This document shows, piece by piece, positions 26,126-37,395 of a stretch of DNA of 64,000 nt. The translations under genes and the position numbers were made by a program. Source of the DNA: Eledone cirrhosa (lineage: Eukaryota); NCBI GenBank assembly GCA_964016885.1, contig OZ024744.1:127224001-127288000 (forward strand), written 5' to 3'. Position 1 is the stretch's first letter; the number at the start of each line of letters is the position of its first letter. The notes beneath the pieces are model-generated. The model searched no databases. It was not told the origin of the DNA and saw nothing but the letters and a program-made list of their open reading frames with translations.

Positions 26126-29100
26126 AAGTTGGGGTTAAATTAAGTTGGGGGTTAGTTAAGTTGGGGCAAGTTAAGTTGGGGTTAATTTAAGTTGGGGTTA
26201 AGTTAAGTTGGGGTTAAGTTAAGTTGGGATTAAGTTAAGTTGGGGTTAATTTAAGTTCGGCTTGAGTTAAGTTGGGGTTAAGTTAAGTTGGGGTTAATTT
26301 AAGTTGGGGTTGAGGTAAGTTGGGGTTATGTTAAGTTGGGGCTAAGTTAAGTTGGGGCTAAGTTAAGTTGGGGCTGAGTTAAGTTGGGGTTAAGTTAAGT
26401 TGGGGTTGAGTTAAGTTGGGGTTAAGTTAAGTTGGGATTAAGTTAAGTTGGGGTTAAGTTAAGTTCGGCTTGAGTTAAGTTGGGGTTAAGTTAAGTTGGG
26501 GTTATTTTAAGTTGGGGTTAAGTTAAGTTGGGGTTAAGATAAGTTGGGGTTAAGTTAAGTTGGGGTTAAGTTAAGTTTGGGTTGAGTTAATTTGGGGTTA
26601 AGTTAAGTTGGGGTTAACTTAAGTTGGGGTTAAGTTGGGGTTAAGTTAAGTTGGGGTTATGTTAAGTTGGGGGTAGGTTAAGTTGGGGGCAAGTTAAGTT
26701 GGGGTTAAGTTAAGTTGGGGTTAAGTTAAGTTGGGTTTACGTTAAGTTGGGGCTAAGTTAAGTTGGGGCTAAGTTAAGTTGGGGCTGAGTTAAGTTGGGG
26801 TTAAGTTAAGTTGGGGTTGAGTTAAGTTGGGGTTATGTTAAGTTAGGGTTGAGTTAAGTTGGGGTTGAGTTAAGTTGGGGTTGAGTTAAGTTGGGGTTAA
26901 GTTAAGTTGGCGTTAAGTTAAGTTGGGGTTAAGTTAAGTTGGGGTTAAGTTAATTTGCGGTTAAGTTAGGTTGTGGGTTAAGTTAAGTTGGGGTTAAGTT
27001 AAGCTGGGGTTAAGTTGGGGTAAGTTAAGTTGGGGTAAATTAAGTTGGGGTTAAGTTAAGTTGGGGTTAAGTTAAGTTGGGGTTGAGTTAAGTTGGGGTT
27101 GAGTTAAGTTGGGGTTGAGTTAAGTTGTGGTTGAGTTAAGTTGGGGTTAAGTTAAGTTGGGGTTAAGTTAAGTTGGGGTTAAGTTAAGTTGGGGGTAGCT
27201 TAAGTTGGGGGCAAGTTAAGTTGGGGTTAAGTTAAGTTGGGTTTAAGTTAAGTTGGGGCTAAGTTAAGTTGGGGTTGAGTTAAGTTGGGGTTATGTTAAG
27301 TTAGGGTTGAGTTAAGTTGGGGTTGAGTTAAGTTGGGATTGAGTTAAGTTGGGGTTAAGTTAAGTTGGCGTTAAGTTAAGTTGGGGTTAAGTTAAGTTGG
27401 GGTTAAGTTAATTTGCGGTTAAGTTAGGTTGTGGGTTAAGTTAAGTTGGGGTTAAGTTAAGCTGGGGTTAAGTTGGAGTAAGTTAAGTTGGGGGTAAGTT
27501 AAGTTAGGGTTAAGTTAAGTTGGGGTTAAGTTAAGTTGGGGTTAAGTTAAGTTGGGGTTAAGTTAAGTTGGGATTGAGTTAAGTTGGGGTTGAGTTAAGT
27601 TGGGGTTAAGTTAAGTTGGGGTTAAGTTAAGTTGGGGTTAAGTTAAGTTGGGGTTAAGTTAAGTTGGGGTTAAGTTAAGTTGGGGTTAAGTTAAGTTGGA
27701 GTTAAGTTAATTTGCGGTTAAGTTAGGTTGTGGGTTAAGTTAAGTTGGGGTTAAATTAAGTTGGGGTTAAGTTGGGGTTAAGTTAAGTTGGGGTTAAGTT
27801 AAAGTTGGGGTTAAGTTAAGTTGGGGTTAAGTTAAGTTAGGGTTAATTTCAGTTGGGGTTATGTTAAGTTGGGGTTAAGTTAAGTTGGGGTTAAGTTAAG
27901 TTGGGGGTAAGTTAAGTGGGGTGTAAGTTAAGTTGGGGTTAAGTTAAGTTGGGGTTCAGTTCAGTTGGGGTTAAGTTAAGTTGGGGTTAAGTTAAGCTGG
28001 GGGTAAGTTAAGTTGGGTGTAAGTTAAGTTGGGGTTAAGTTAAGTTGGGGTTAAGTTAAGTTGGGGGTAAGTTAAGTTGAGGGTAAGTTAAGTTGGGGTT
28101 AAGTTAAGTTGGGGTTAAATTAAGTTGGGGGTAAGTTAAGTTGGGGGTAAGTTAAGTTGGGGTTAAGTTAAGTTGGGGTTAAATTAAGTTGAGGTTAAGT
28201 TAAGTTGGGGTTAAGTTAAATTGGGGTTAATTTACGTTGGGGGTAAGATAAGTTGGGGCTAAGTTGTGTTGGGGCTAAGTCAAATGGGGTTAAGTCAAGT
28301 TGAGGTTAACTTAAGTTGGGGTTATGTTAAGTTGGGGTTAAGTTGGGGCTAAGTTAAGTTGGGGCTGAGTTAAGTTGGGGTTAAGTTAAGTTGGGGTTGA
28401 GTTAAGTTGGGGTTAAGTTAAGTTGGGATTAAGTTAAGTTGGGGTTAAGTTAAGTTCGGCTTGAGTTAAGTTGGGGTTAAGTTAAGTTGGGGTTAATTTA
28501 AGTTGGGGTTAAGTTAAGTTGGGGTTAAGATAAGTTGGGGTTAAGTTAAGTTGGGGTTAAGTTAAGTTGGGGTTGAGTTAATTTGGGGTTAAGTTAAGTT
28601 GGGGTTAACTTAAGTTGGGGTTAAGTTGGGGTTAAGTTAAGTTGGGGTTAAGTTAAGTTGGGGGTAGATTAAGTTGGGGGCAAGTTAAGTTGGGGTTAAG
28701 TTAAGTTGGGGTTAAGTTAAGTTGGGTTTAAGTTAAGTTGGGGCTAAGTTAAGTTGGGGCTAAGTTAAGTTGGGGCTGAGTTAAGTTGGGGTTAAGTTAA
28801 GTTGGGGTTGAGTTAAGTTGGGGTTATGTTAAGTTAGGGTTGAGTTAAGTTGGGGTTGAGTTAAGTTGGGGTTGAGTTAAGTTGGGGTTAAGTTAAGTTG
28901 GGGGTAAGTTAAGTGGGGTGTAAGTTAAGTTGGGGTTAAGTTAAGTTGGGGTTCAGTTCAGTTGGGGTTAAGTTAAGTTGGGGTTAAGTTAAGCTGGGGG
29001 TAAGTTAAGTTGGGTGTAAGTTAAGTTGGGGTTAAGTTAATTTGCGGTTAAGTTAGGTTGTGGGTTAAGTTAAGTTGGGGTTAAGTTAAGCTGGGGTTAA

Positions 29101-32100
29101 CTGGGGTAAGTTAAGTTGGGGTAAGTTAAGTTGGGGTTAAGTTAAGTTGGGGTTAAGTTAAGTTGGGGTTGAGTTAAGTTGGGGTTAAGTTAAGTTGGGG
29201 TTAAGTTAAGTTGGGGTTAAGTTAAGCTGGGGGTAAGTTGGGGTAAGTTAAGTTGGGGTTAAGTTAAGTTGGGGTTAAGTTAATTTGCGGTTAAGTTAGG
29301 TTGTGGGTTAAGTTAAGTTGGGGTTAAGTTAAGCTGGGGTTAAGTTGGGGTAAGTTAAGTTGGGGTTAAGTTAAGTTGGGGTTAAGTTAAGTTGGGGTTA
29401 AGTTAAGTTGGGGGTAAGTTAAGTTGGGGGCAAGTTAAGTTGGGGTTAAGTTAAGTTGGGGTTAAGTTAAGTTGGGGTTAAGTTAAGTTGGGGTTAAGTT
29501 AAGTTGGGGTTAAGTTAAGTTGGGGTTAAGTTAAGTTGGGGTTAAGTTAAGTTAGGGTTAATTTCAGTTGGGGTTATGTTAAGTTGGGGTTAAGTTAAGT
29601 TGGGGTTAAGTTAAAGTTGGGGTTAAGTTAAGTTGGGGTTCAGTTGGGGTAAGTTAAGTTGGGGGTAAGTTAAGTTGGGTTTAAGTTAAGTTGGGGTTAA
29701 GTTAAGTTGGGGTTGAGTTAAGTTGGGGTTAAGTTAAGTTAGGGTTAATTTCAGTTGAGGTTATGTTAAGTTGGGGTTAAGTTAAGTTGGGGTTAAGTTA
29801 AAGTTGGGGTTAAGTTCAGTTGGGGTTAATTTCAGTTGGGGTTATGTTAAGTTGGGGTTAAGTTAAGTTGGGGTTAAGTTAAAGTTGGGGTTAAATTAAG
29901 TTGGGGTAAAGTTAAGTTGGGGTTAAGTTAAGTTGGGGTTAAATTAAGTTGGGGTTCAGTTAAGTTGGGGTTAAATTAAGTTGGGGTTAAGTTAAGTTGG
30001 GGTTAGTTAAGTTGGGGTTAAGTTAAGTTGGGGTTAAGTTAAGTTGGGGTTAAGTTAAGTTGGGGTTAAGTTAAGTTGGCGTTAAGTTAAGTTGGGGTTA
30101 AGTTAAGTTGGGGTTAATTTAAGTTGGGGTTAAGTTAAGTTGGGGTTAAGTTAAGTTGGAGTTAAGTTAAGTTGGGGTTAAGTTAATTTGGGGTTCAGTT
30201 CAGTTGGGGTTAAATTAAGTTGGGGTTAAGTTAAGTTGGGGTTATGTTAAGTTGGGGTTAAGTTAAGTTGCGGTTAAGTTAAGTTGGGGTTAAGTTAAGT
30301 TGGGGTTAAGTTAAGTTGGGGTTAAATTAAGTTGGGGTTAAGTTAAGTTGGGGTTATGTTAAGTTGGGGTTAAGTTAAGTTGCGGTTAAGTTAAGTTGGG
30401 GTTAAGTTAAGTTGGGATTAACTTAAGTTGGGGTTAAGTTTGGGTTAAGTTAAGTTGGGGTTAAGTTAAGTTGGGGGTTAGTTAAGTTGGGGGCAAGTTA
30501 AGTTGGGGTTAATTTAAGTTGGGGTTAAGTTAAGTTGGGGTTATGTTAAGTTGGGGTTAAGTTAAGTTGGGGTTAAGTTAAGTTGGGGTAAGTTAAGTTA
30601 GGGGTAAGTTAAGTTGGGGGTAAGTTAAGTTGAGGGTAAGTTAAGTTGGGGTTAAGTTAAGTTGGAGTTAAATTGAGTTGGGGGTAAGTTAAGTTGGGGG
30701 TAAGTTAAGTTGGGGTTAAGTTAAGTTGGGGTTAAATTAAGTTGAGGTTAAGTTAAGTTGGGGTTAAGTTAAGTTGGGGTTAAGTTAAGTTGGGGGTAAG
30801 ATAAGTTGGGGCTAAGTTAAGTTGGGGCTAAGTCAAGATGGGGTTAAGTTAAGTTGGGGTTAAGTTAAGTTGGGGTTAAGGTAAGTTGGGGTTATGTTAA
30901 GTTGGGGCTAAGTTAAGTTGGGGCTAAGTTAAGTTGGGGCTGAGTTAAGTTGGGGTTAAGTTAAGTTGGGGTTGAGTTAAGTTGGGGTTAATTTAAGTTG
31001 GGATTAAGTTAAGTTGGGGTTAAGTTAAGTTCGGCTTGAGTTAAGTTGGGGTTAATTTAAGTTGGGTTTAATTTAAGTTGGGGTTAAGTTAAGTTGGGGT
31101 TAAGATAAGTTGGGGTTAAGTTAAGTTGGGGTTAAGTTAAGTTGGGGTTGAGTTAATTTGGGGTTAAGTTAAGTTGGGGTTAACTTAAGTTGGGGTTAAG
31201 TTGGGGTTAAGTTAAGTTGGGGTTAAGTTAAGTTGGGGTTAAGTTAAGTTGGGGGTAGGTTAAGTTGGGGTTAAGTTAAGCTGGGGTTAAGTTGGGGTAA
31301 GTTAAGTTGGGGGTAAGTTAAGTTGGGGTTAAGTTATGTTGGGGTTAAGTTAAGTTGGGGTTGAGTTAAGTTGGGGTTGAGTTAAGTTGGGGTTGAGTTA
31401 AGTTGGGGTTGAGTTAAGTTGGGGTTAAGTTAAGTTGGGGTTAAGTTAAGTTGGGGTTAAGTTAAGTTGGGGTTAAGTTAAGTTGGGGTTAAGTTAAGTT
31501 GGGGTTAAGTTAAGTTGGGGTTAAGTTAAGTTGGGGGTTAGTTAAGTTGGGGGCAAGTTAAGTTGGGGTTAATTTAAGTTGGGGTTAAGTTAAGTTGGGG
31601 TTATGTTAAGTTGGGGTTAAGTTAAGTTGGGGTTAAGTTAAGTTGGGGGTAAGTTAAGTTGGGGTTAAGTTAAGTTGGGGGTAAATTAAGTTGAGGGTAA
31701 GTTAAGTTGGGGTTAAGTTAAGTTGGGGTTAAATTAAGTTGGGGGTAGGTTAAGTTGGGGGTAAGTTAAGTTGGGGTTAAGTTAAGTTGGGGTTCAGTTA
31801 AGTTGAGGTTAAGTTAAGTTGGGGTTAAGTTAAATTGGGGTTAATTTAAGTTGGGGGTAAGATAAGTTGGGGCTAAGTTAAGTTGGGGCTAAGTCAAGTT
31901 GGGGTTAAGTCAAGTTGAGGTTAACTTAAGTTGGGGTTATGTTAAGTTGGGGTTAAGTTGGGGCTAAGTTAAGTTGGGGCTGAGTTAAGTTGGGGTTAAG
32001 TTAAGTTGGGGTTGAGTTAAGTTGGGGTTAAGTTAAGTTGGGATTAAGTTAAGTTGGGATTAAGTTAAGTTGGGGTTAAGTTAAGTTCGGCTTGAGTTAA

Positions 32101-35100
32101 GTTGGGGTTAAGTTAAGTTGGGGTTAATTTATTGTTGGGGTTAAGTTAAGTTGGGGTTAAGATAAGTTGGGGTTAAGTTAAGTTGGGGTTAAGTTAAGTT
32201 GGGGTTGAGTTAATTTGGGGTTAAGTTAAGTTGGGGTTAACTTAAGTTGGGGTTAAGTTGGGGTTAAGTTAAGTTGGGATTAAGTTAAGTTGGGGGTAGG
32301 TTAAGTTGGGGGCAAGTTAAGTTGGCTTTAAGTTAAGTTGGGGCTAAGTTAAGTTGGGGCTAAGTTAAGTTGGGGCTGAGTTAAGTTGGGGTTAAGTTAA
32401 GTTGGGGTTGAGTTAAGTTGGGGTTATGTTAAGTTAGGGTTGAGTTAAGTTGGGGTTGAGTTAAGTTGGGGTTGAGTTAAGTTGGGGTTAAGTTAAGTTG
32501 GCGTTAAGTTAAGTTGGGGTTAAGTTAAGTTGGGGTTAAGTTAATTTGCGGTTAAGTTAGGTTGTGGGTTAAGTTAAGTTGGGGTTAAGTTAAGCTGGGG
32601 TTAAGTTGGGGTAAGTTAAGTTGGGGTTAAGTTAAGTTGGGGTTAAGTTAAGTTGGGGTTAAGTTAAGTTGGGGGTAAGTTAAGTTGGGGGCAAGTTAAG
32701 TTGGGGTTAAGTTAAGTTGGGGTTAAGTTGGGGTTAAGTTAAGTTGGGGTTAAGTTAAGTTGGGGTTAAGTTAAGTTAGGGTTAATTTCAGTTGGGGTTA
32801 TGTTAAGTTGGGGATAAGTTAAGTTGGGGTTAAGTTAAAGTTGGGGTTAAGTTAAGTTGGGGTTAAGTTAAGTTAGGGTTAATTTCAGTTGGGGTTATGT
32901 TAAGTTGGGGTTAAGTTAAGTTGGGGTTAAGTTAAGTTGGAGGTAAGTTAAGTGGGGTGTAAGTTAAGTTGGGGTTAAGTTAAGTTGGGGTTCAGTTCAG
33001 TTGGGGTTATGTTAAGTTGGGGTTAAGTTAAGCTGGGGGTAAGTTAAGTTGGGTGTAATTTAAGTTGGGGTTAAGTTAAGTTGGGGTTAGTTAAGTTGGG
33101 GGCAAGTTAAGTTGGGGTTAATTTAAGTTGGGGTTAAGTTAAGTTGGGGTTATGTTAAGTTGGGGTTAAGTTAAGTTGGGGTTAAGTTAAGTTGGGGGTA
33201 AGTTAAGTTGGGGTTAAGTTAAGTTGGGGGTAAGTTAAGTTGAGGGTAAGTTAAGTTGGGGTTAAGTTAAGTTGGGGTTAAATTAAGTTGGGGGTAAGTT
33301 AAGTTGGGGGTAAGTTAAGTTGGGGTTAAGTTAAGTTGGGGTTAAATTAAGTTGGGGGTAAGATAAGTTGGGGTTAAGTTAAGTTGGGGTTAATTTAAGT
33401 TGGGGTTAAGATAAGGTGTGGTTAAGTTAAGTTGGGGGTAAGTTAAGTTGGGTGTAAGTTAAGTTGGGGTTCAGTTCAGTTGGGGTTCAGTTCAGTTGGG
33501 GTTAAGTTAAGTTGGGGTTAAGTTAAGCTGGGGGTAAGTTAAGTTGGGGTTAAGTTAAGTTGGGGTTAAGTTAAGTTGGGGTTAAGTTAAGTTGGGGTTA
33601 AGTTAAGTTGGGGTTAAGTTAAGTTGGAGTTAAGTTAAGTTGGGGTTAAGCTAAGTTGGGGTTCAGTTAAGTTGGGGTTAAGTTAATTTGGGGCTGAGTT
33701 AAGTGGGGTTAAGTTAAGTTCGGGTTGAGTTAAGTTGGGGTTAAGTTAAGTTGGGTTAAGTTAAGTTGGGGTTAAGTTAAGTTGGGGTTAAGATAAGTTG
33801 GGGTTAAGTTAAGTTGGGGTTAATTTAAGTTGGGGTTGAGGTAATTTGGGTTTAAGTTAAGTTGGGCTTAACTTAAGTTGGGGTTAAGTTGGGGTTAAGT
33901 TAAGTTGGGGTTAAGTTAAGTTGGGGGTAAGTTAAGTTGGGGGCAAGTTAAGTTGGGGTTAATTTAAGTTGGGGTTAAGTTAAGTTGGGGTTATGTTAAG
34001 TTGGGGTTATGTTAAGTTGGGGTTAAGTTAAGTTGGGGTTAAGTTAAGTTGGGGGTAAGTTAAGTTGATGGTAAGTTAAGTTGGGGTTAAGTTAAGTTGG
34101 GGTTAAGTTAAGTTGGGGGTAAGATAAGTTGGGGCTAAGTTAAGTTGGGCTTAACTTAAGTTGGGGTTAAGTTGGGGTTAATTTAAGTTGGGGTTAAGGT
34201 AAGTTGGGGTTAAGTTAAGTTGGGGCTAAGTTAAGTTGGGGCTAAGTTAAGTTGGGGCTGAGTTAAGTTGGGGTTAAGTTGGGGTTGAGTTAAGTTGGGG
34301 TTAAGTTAAGTTGGGGTTAACTTAAGTTGGGGTTAAGTTAAGATGGGGTTAAGTTAAGTTGGGGGTAAGTTAAGTTGGGGGCAAGTTGAGTTTGGGTTAA
34401 GTTAAGTTGGGGTTAAGTTAAGGTGGGGGTAAGTTAAGTTGGGGGTAAGTTAAGTTGGCGTTAAGTTAAGTTGGGGTTAAGTTAAGTTGGGTTTAAGTTA
34501 AGTTGGGGCTAAGTTAAGTTGGGGCTAAGTTAAGTTGGGGCTGAGTTAAGTTGGGGTTGAGTTAAGTTGGGGTTAACTTAAGTTGGGGTTAAGTTGGGGT
34601 TAAGTTAAGTTGGGGGTTAGTTAAGTTGGGGGCAAGTTAAGTTGGGGTTAATTTAAGTTGGGGTTAAGTTAAGTTGGGGTTATGTTAAGTTGGGGTTAAG
34701 TTAAGTTGGGGTTAAGTTAAGTTGGGGGTAAGTTAACTGGGGTTAAGTTAAGTTGGGGGTAAGTTAAGTTGAGGCTAAGTTAAGTTGGGGTTAAGTTAAG
34801 TTGGGGTTCAATTAAGTTGGGGGTAAGTTAAGTTGGGGGTAAGTTAAGTTGGGGTTAAGTTAAGTTGGGGTTAAATTAAGTTGAGGTTAAGTTAAGTTGG
34901 GGTTAAGTTAAGTTGGGGTTAAGTTAAGTTGGGGTTAAGATAAGTTGGGGCTAAGTTCAGTTGGGGCTAAGTCAAGTTGGGGTTAAGTCAAGTTGAGGTT
35001 AACTTAAGTTGGGGTTAAGTTAAGTTGGGGTTAAGTTAAGTTGGGGTTAAGGTAAGTTGGGGTTATGTTAAGTTGGGGCTAAGTTAAGTTGGGGCTAAGT

Positions 35101-37395
35101 TAAGTTGGGGCTAAGTTAAGTTGGGGCTGAGTTAAGTTGGGGTTAAGTTAAGTTGGGGTTGAGTTAAGTTGGGGTTAAGTTAAGTTGGGATTAAGTTAAG
35201 TTGGGGTTAAGTTAAGTTCGGCTTGAGTTAAGTTGGGGTTAAGTTAAGTTGGGGTTAATTTAAGTTGGGGTTAAGTTAAGTTGGGGGTAAGTTAAGTTGG
35301 GTGTAAGTTAAGTTGGGGTTAAGTTAAGTTGGGGTTCAGTTCAGTTGGGGTTAAGTTAAGTTGGGGTTAAGTTAAGTTGGGGTTAAGTTAAGTTGGGGGT
35401 GAGTTAAGTTGGGGGCAAGTTAAGTTGGGGTTAATTTAAGTTGGGGTTAAGTTAAGTTGGGGTTATGTTAAGTTGGGGTTAAGTTAAGTTGGGGTTAAGT
35501 TAAGTTGGAGGTAACTTAAGTTGGGGTTAAGTTAAGTTGGGGTTAAGTTAAGTTGAGGGTAAGTTAAGTTGAGGGTAAGTTAAGTTGAGGTTAAGTTAAG
35601 TTGGGGTTAAGTTAAGTTGGGGGTAAGTTAAGTTGGGGGTAAGTTAAGTTGGGGTTAAGTTAAGTTGGGGTTAAATTAAGTTGAGGTTAAGTTAATTTGG
35701 GGTTAAGTTGGGGTTAAGTTAAGTTGGGGGTAAGATAAGTTGGGGCTAAGTTAAGTTGGGGCTAAGTCAAGTTGGGGTTAAGTCAAGTTGAGGTTAACTT
35801 AAGTTGGGGTTAAGTTAAGTTGGGGTTAAGTTAAGTTGGGGCTAAGTTAAGTTGGGGCTAAGTTAAGTTGGGGCTGAGTTAAGTTGGGGTTAAGTTAAGT
35901 TGGGGTTAAGTTAAGTTAGGGTTAATTTCAGTTGGGGTTATGTTAAGTTGGGGTTAAGTTAAAGTTGGGGTTAAGTTAAGTTGGGGTAAAGTTAAGTTAG
36001 GGTTAAGTTAAGTTGGGGTTAAGTTAAGTTGGGCTTAAATTAAGTTGGGGTTAATTTAAGTTGGGGTTAAGTTAAGTTGGGGTTAAATTAAGTTGGGGTT
36101 CAGTTAAGTTGGGGTTAAATTAAGTTGGGGTTAAGTTAAGTTGGGGTTAGTTAAGTTGGGGTTAAGTTAAGTTGGGGTTAAGTTAAGTTGGGGTTAAGTT
36201 AAGTTGGGGTTAAGTTAAGTTGGGGTTAAGTTAAGTTGGGGTTAAGTTAAGTTGGGGTTAAGTTAAGTTGGGGTTCAGTTAAGTTGGGGTTAAGTTAAGT
36301 TGGGGTTAAGTTAAGTTGGGGTTAGTTAAGTTGGGGTTAAGTTAAGTTGGAGTTAAGTTAAGTTGGGGTTAAGTTAAGTTGGGGTTAAGTTAAGTTGGGG
36401 TTAAGTTAAGTTGGCGTTAAGTTAAGTTGGGGTTAAGTTAAGTTGGGGTTAATTTAAGTTGGGGTTAAGATAAGGTGTGGTTAAGTTAAGTTGGGGGTAA
36501 GTTAAGTTGGGTGTAAGTTAAGTTGGGGTTAAGTTAAGTTGGGGTTCAGTTCAGTTGGGGTTAAGTTAAGTTGGGGTTAAGTTAAGCTGGGGGTAAGTTA
36601 AGTTGGGCTTAAGTTAAGTTGGGGTTAAGTTAAGTTGGGGTTAAGTTAAGTTGGGGTTAAGTTAAGTTGGGGTTAAGTTAAGTTGGAGTTAAGTTAAGTT
36701 GGGGTTAAGCTAAGTTGGGGTTCAGTTAAGTTGGGGTTAAGTTAATTTGGGGCTGAGTTAAGTTGGGGTTAAGTTAAGTTCGGGTTGAGTTAAGTTGGGG
36801 TTAAGTTAAGTTGGGGTTAAGTTAAGTTGGGGTTAAGTTAAGTTGGGGTTAAGATAAGTTGGGGTTAAGTTAAGTTGGGGTTAATTTAAGTTGGGGTTGA
36901 GGTAATTTGGGTTTAAGTTAAGTTGGGCTTAACTTAAGTTGGGGTTAAGTTGGGGTTAAGTTAAGTTGGGGTTAAGTTAAGTTGGGGGTAAGTTAAGTTG
37001 GGGGCAAGTTAAGTTGGGGTTAATTTAAGTTGGGGTTAAGTTAAGTTGGGGTTATGTTAAGTTGGGGTTATGTTAAGTTGGGGTTAAGTTAAGTTGGGGT
37101 TAAGTTAAGTTGGGGGTAAGTTAAGTTGATGGTAAGTTAAGTTGGGGTTAAGTTAAGTTGGGGTTAAGTTAAGTTGGGGGTAAGATAAGTTGGGGCTAAG
37201 TTAAGTTGGGCTTAACTTAAGTTGGGGTTAAGTTGGGGTTAATTTAAGTTGGGGTTAAGTTAAGTTGGGGTTAAGGTAAGTTGGGGTTAAGTTAAGTTGG
37301 GGCTAAGTTAAGTTGGGGCTAAGTTAAGTTGGGGCTGAGTTAAGTTGGGGTTAAGTTGGGGTTGAGTTAAGTTGGGGTTAAGTTAAGTTGGGGTT
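26126..37395 (+). repeat. 11.26-kb higher-order repeat, copy 3
   Basis: Markers at 27197, 28261 and 32127. It lacks the GGT insertion near 33390 and leaves register near 37395 (TTAACTT instead of TTAAATT). Confidence 0.9.
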
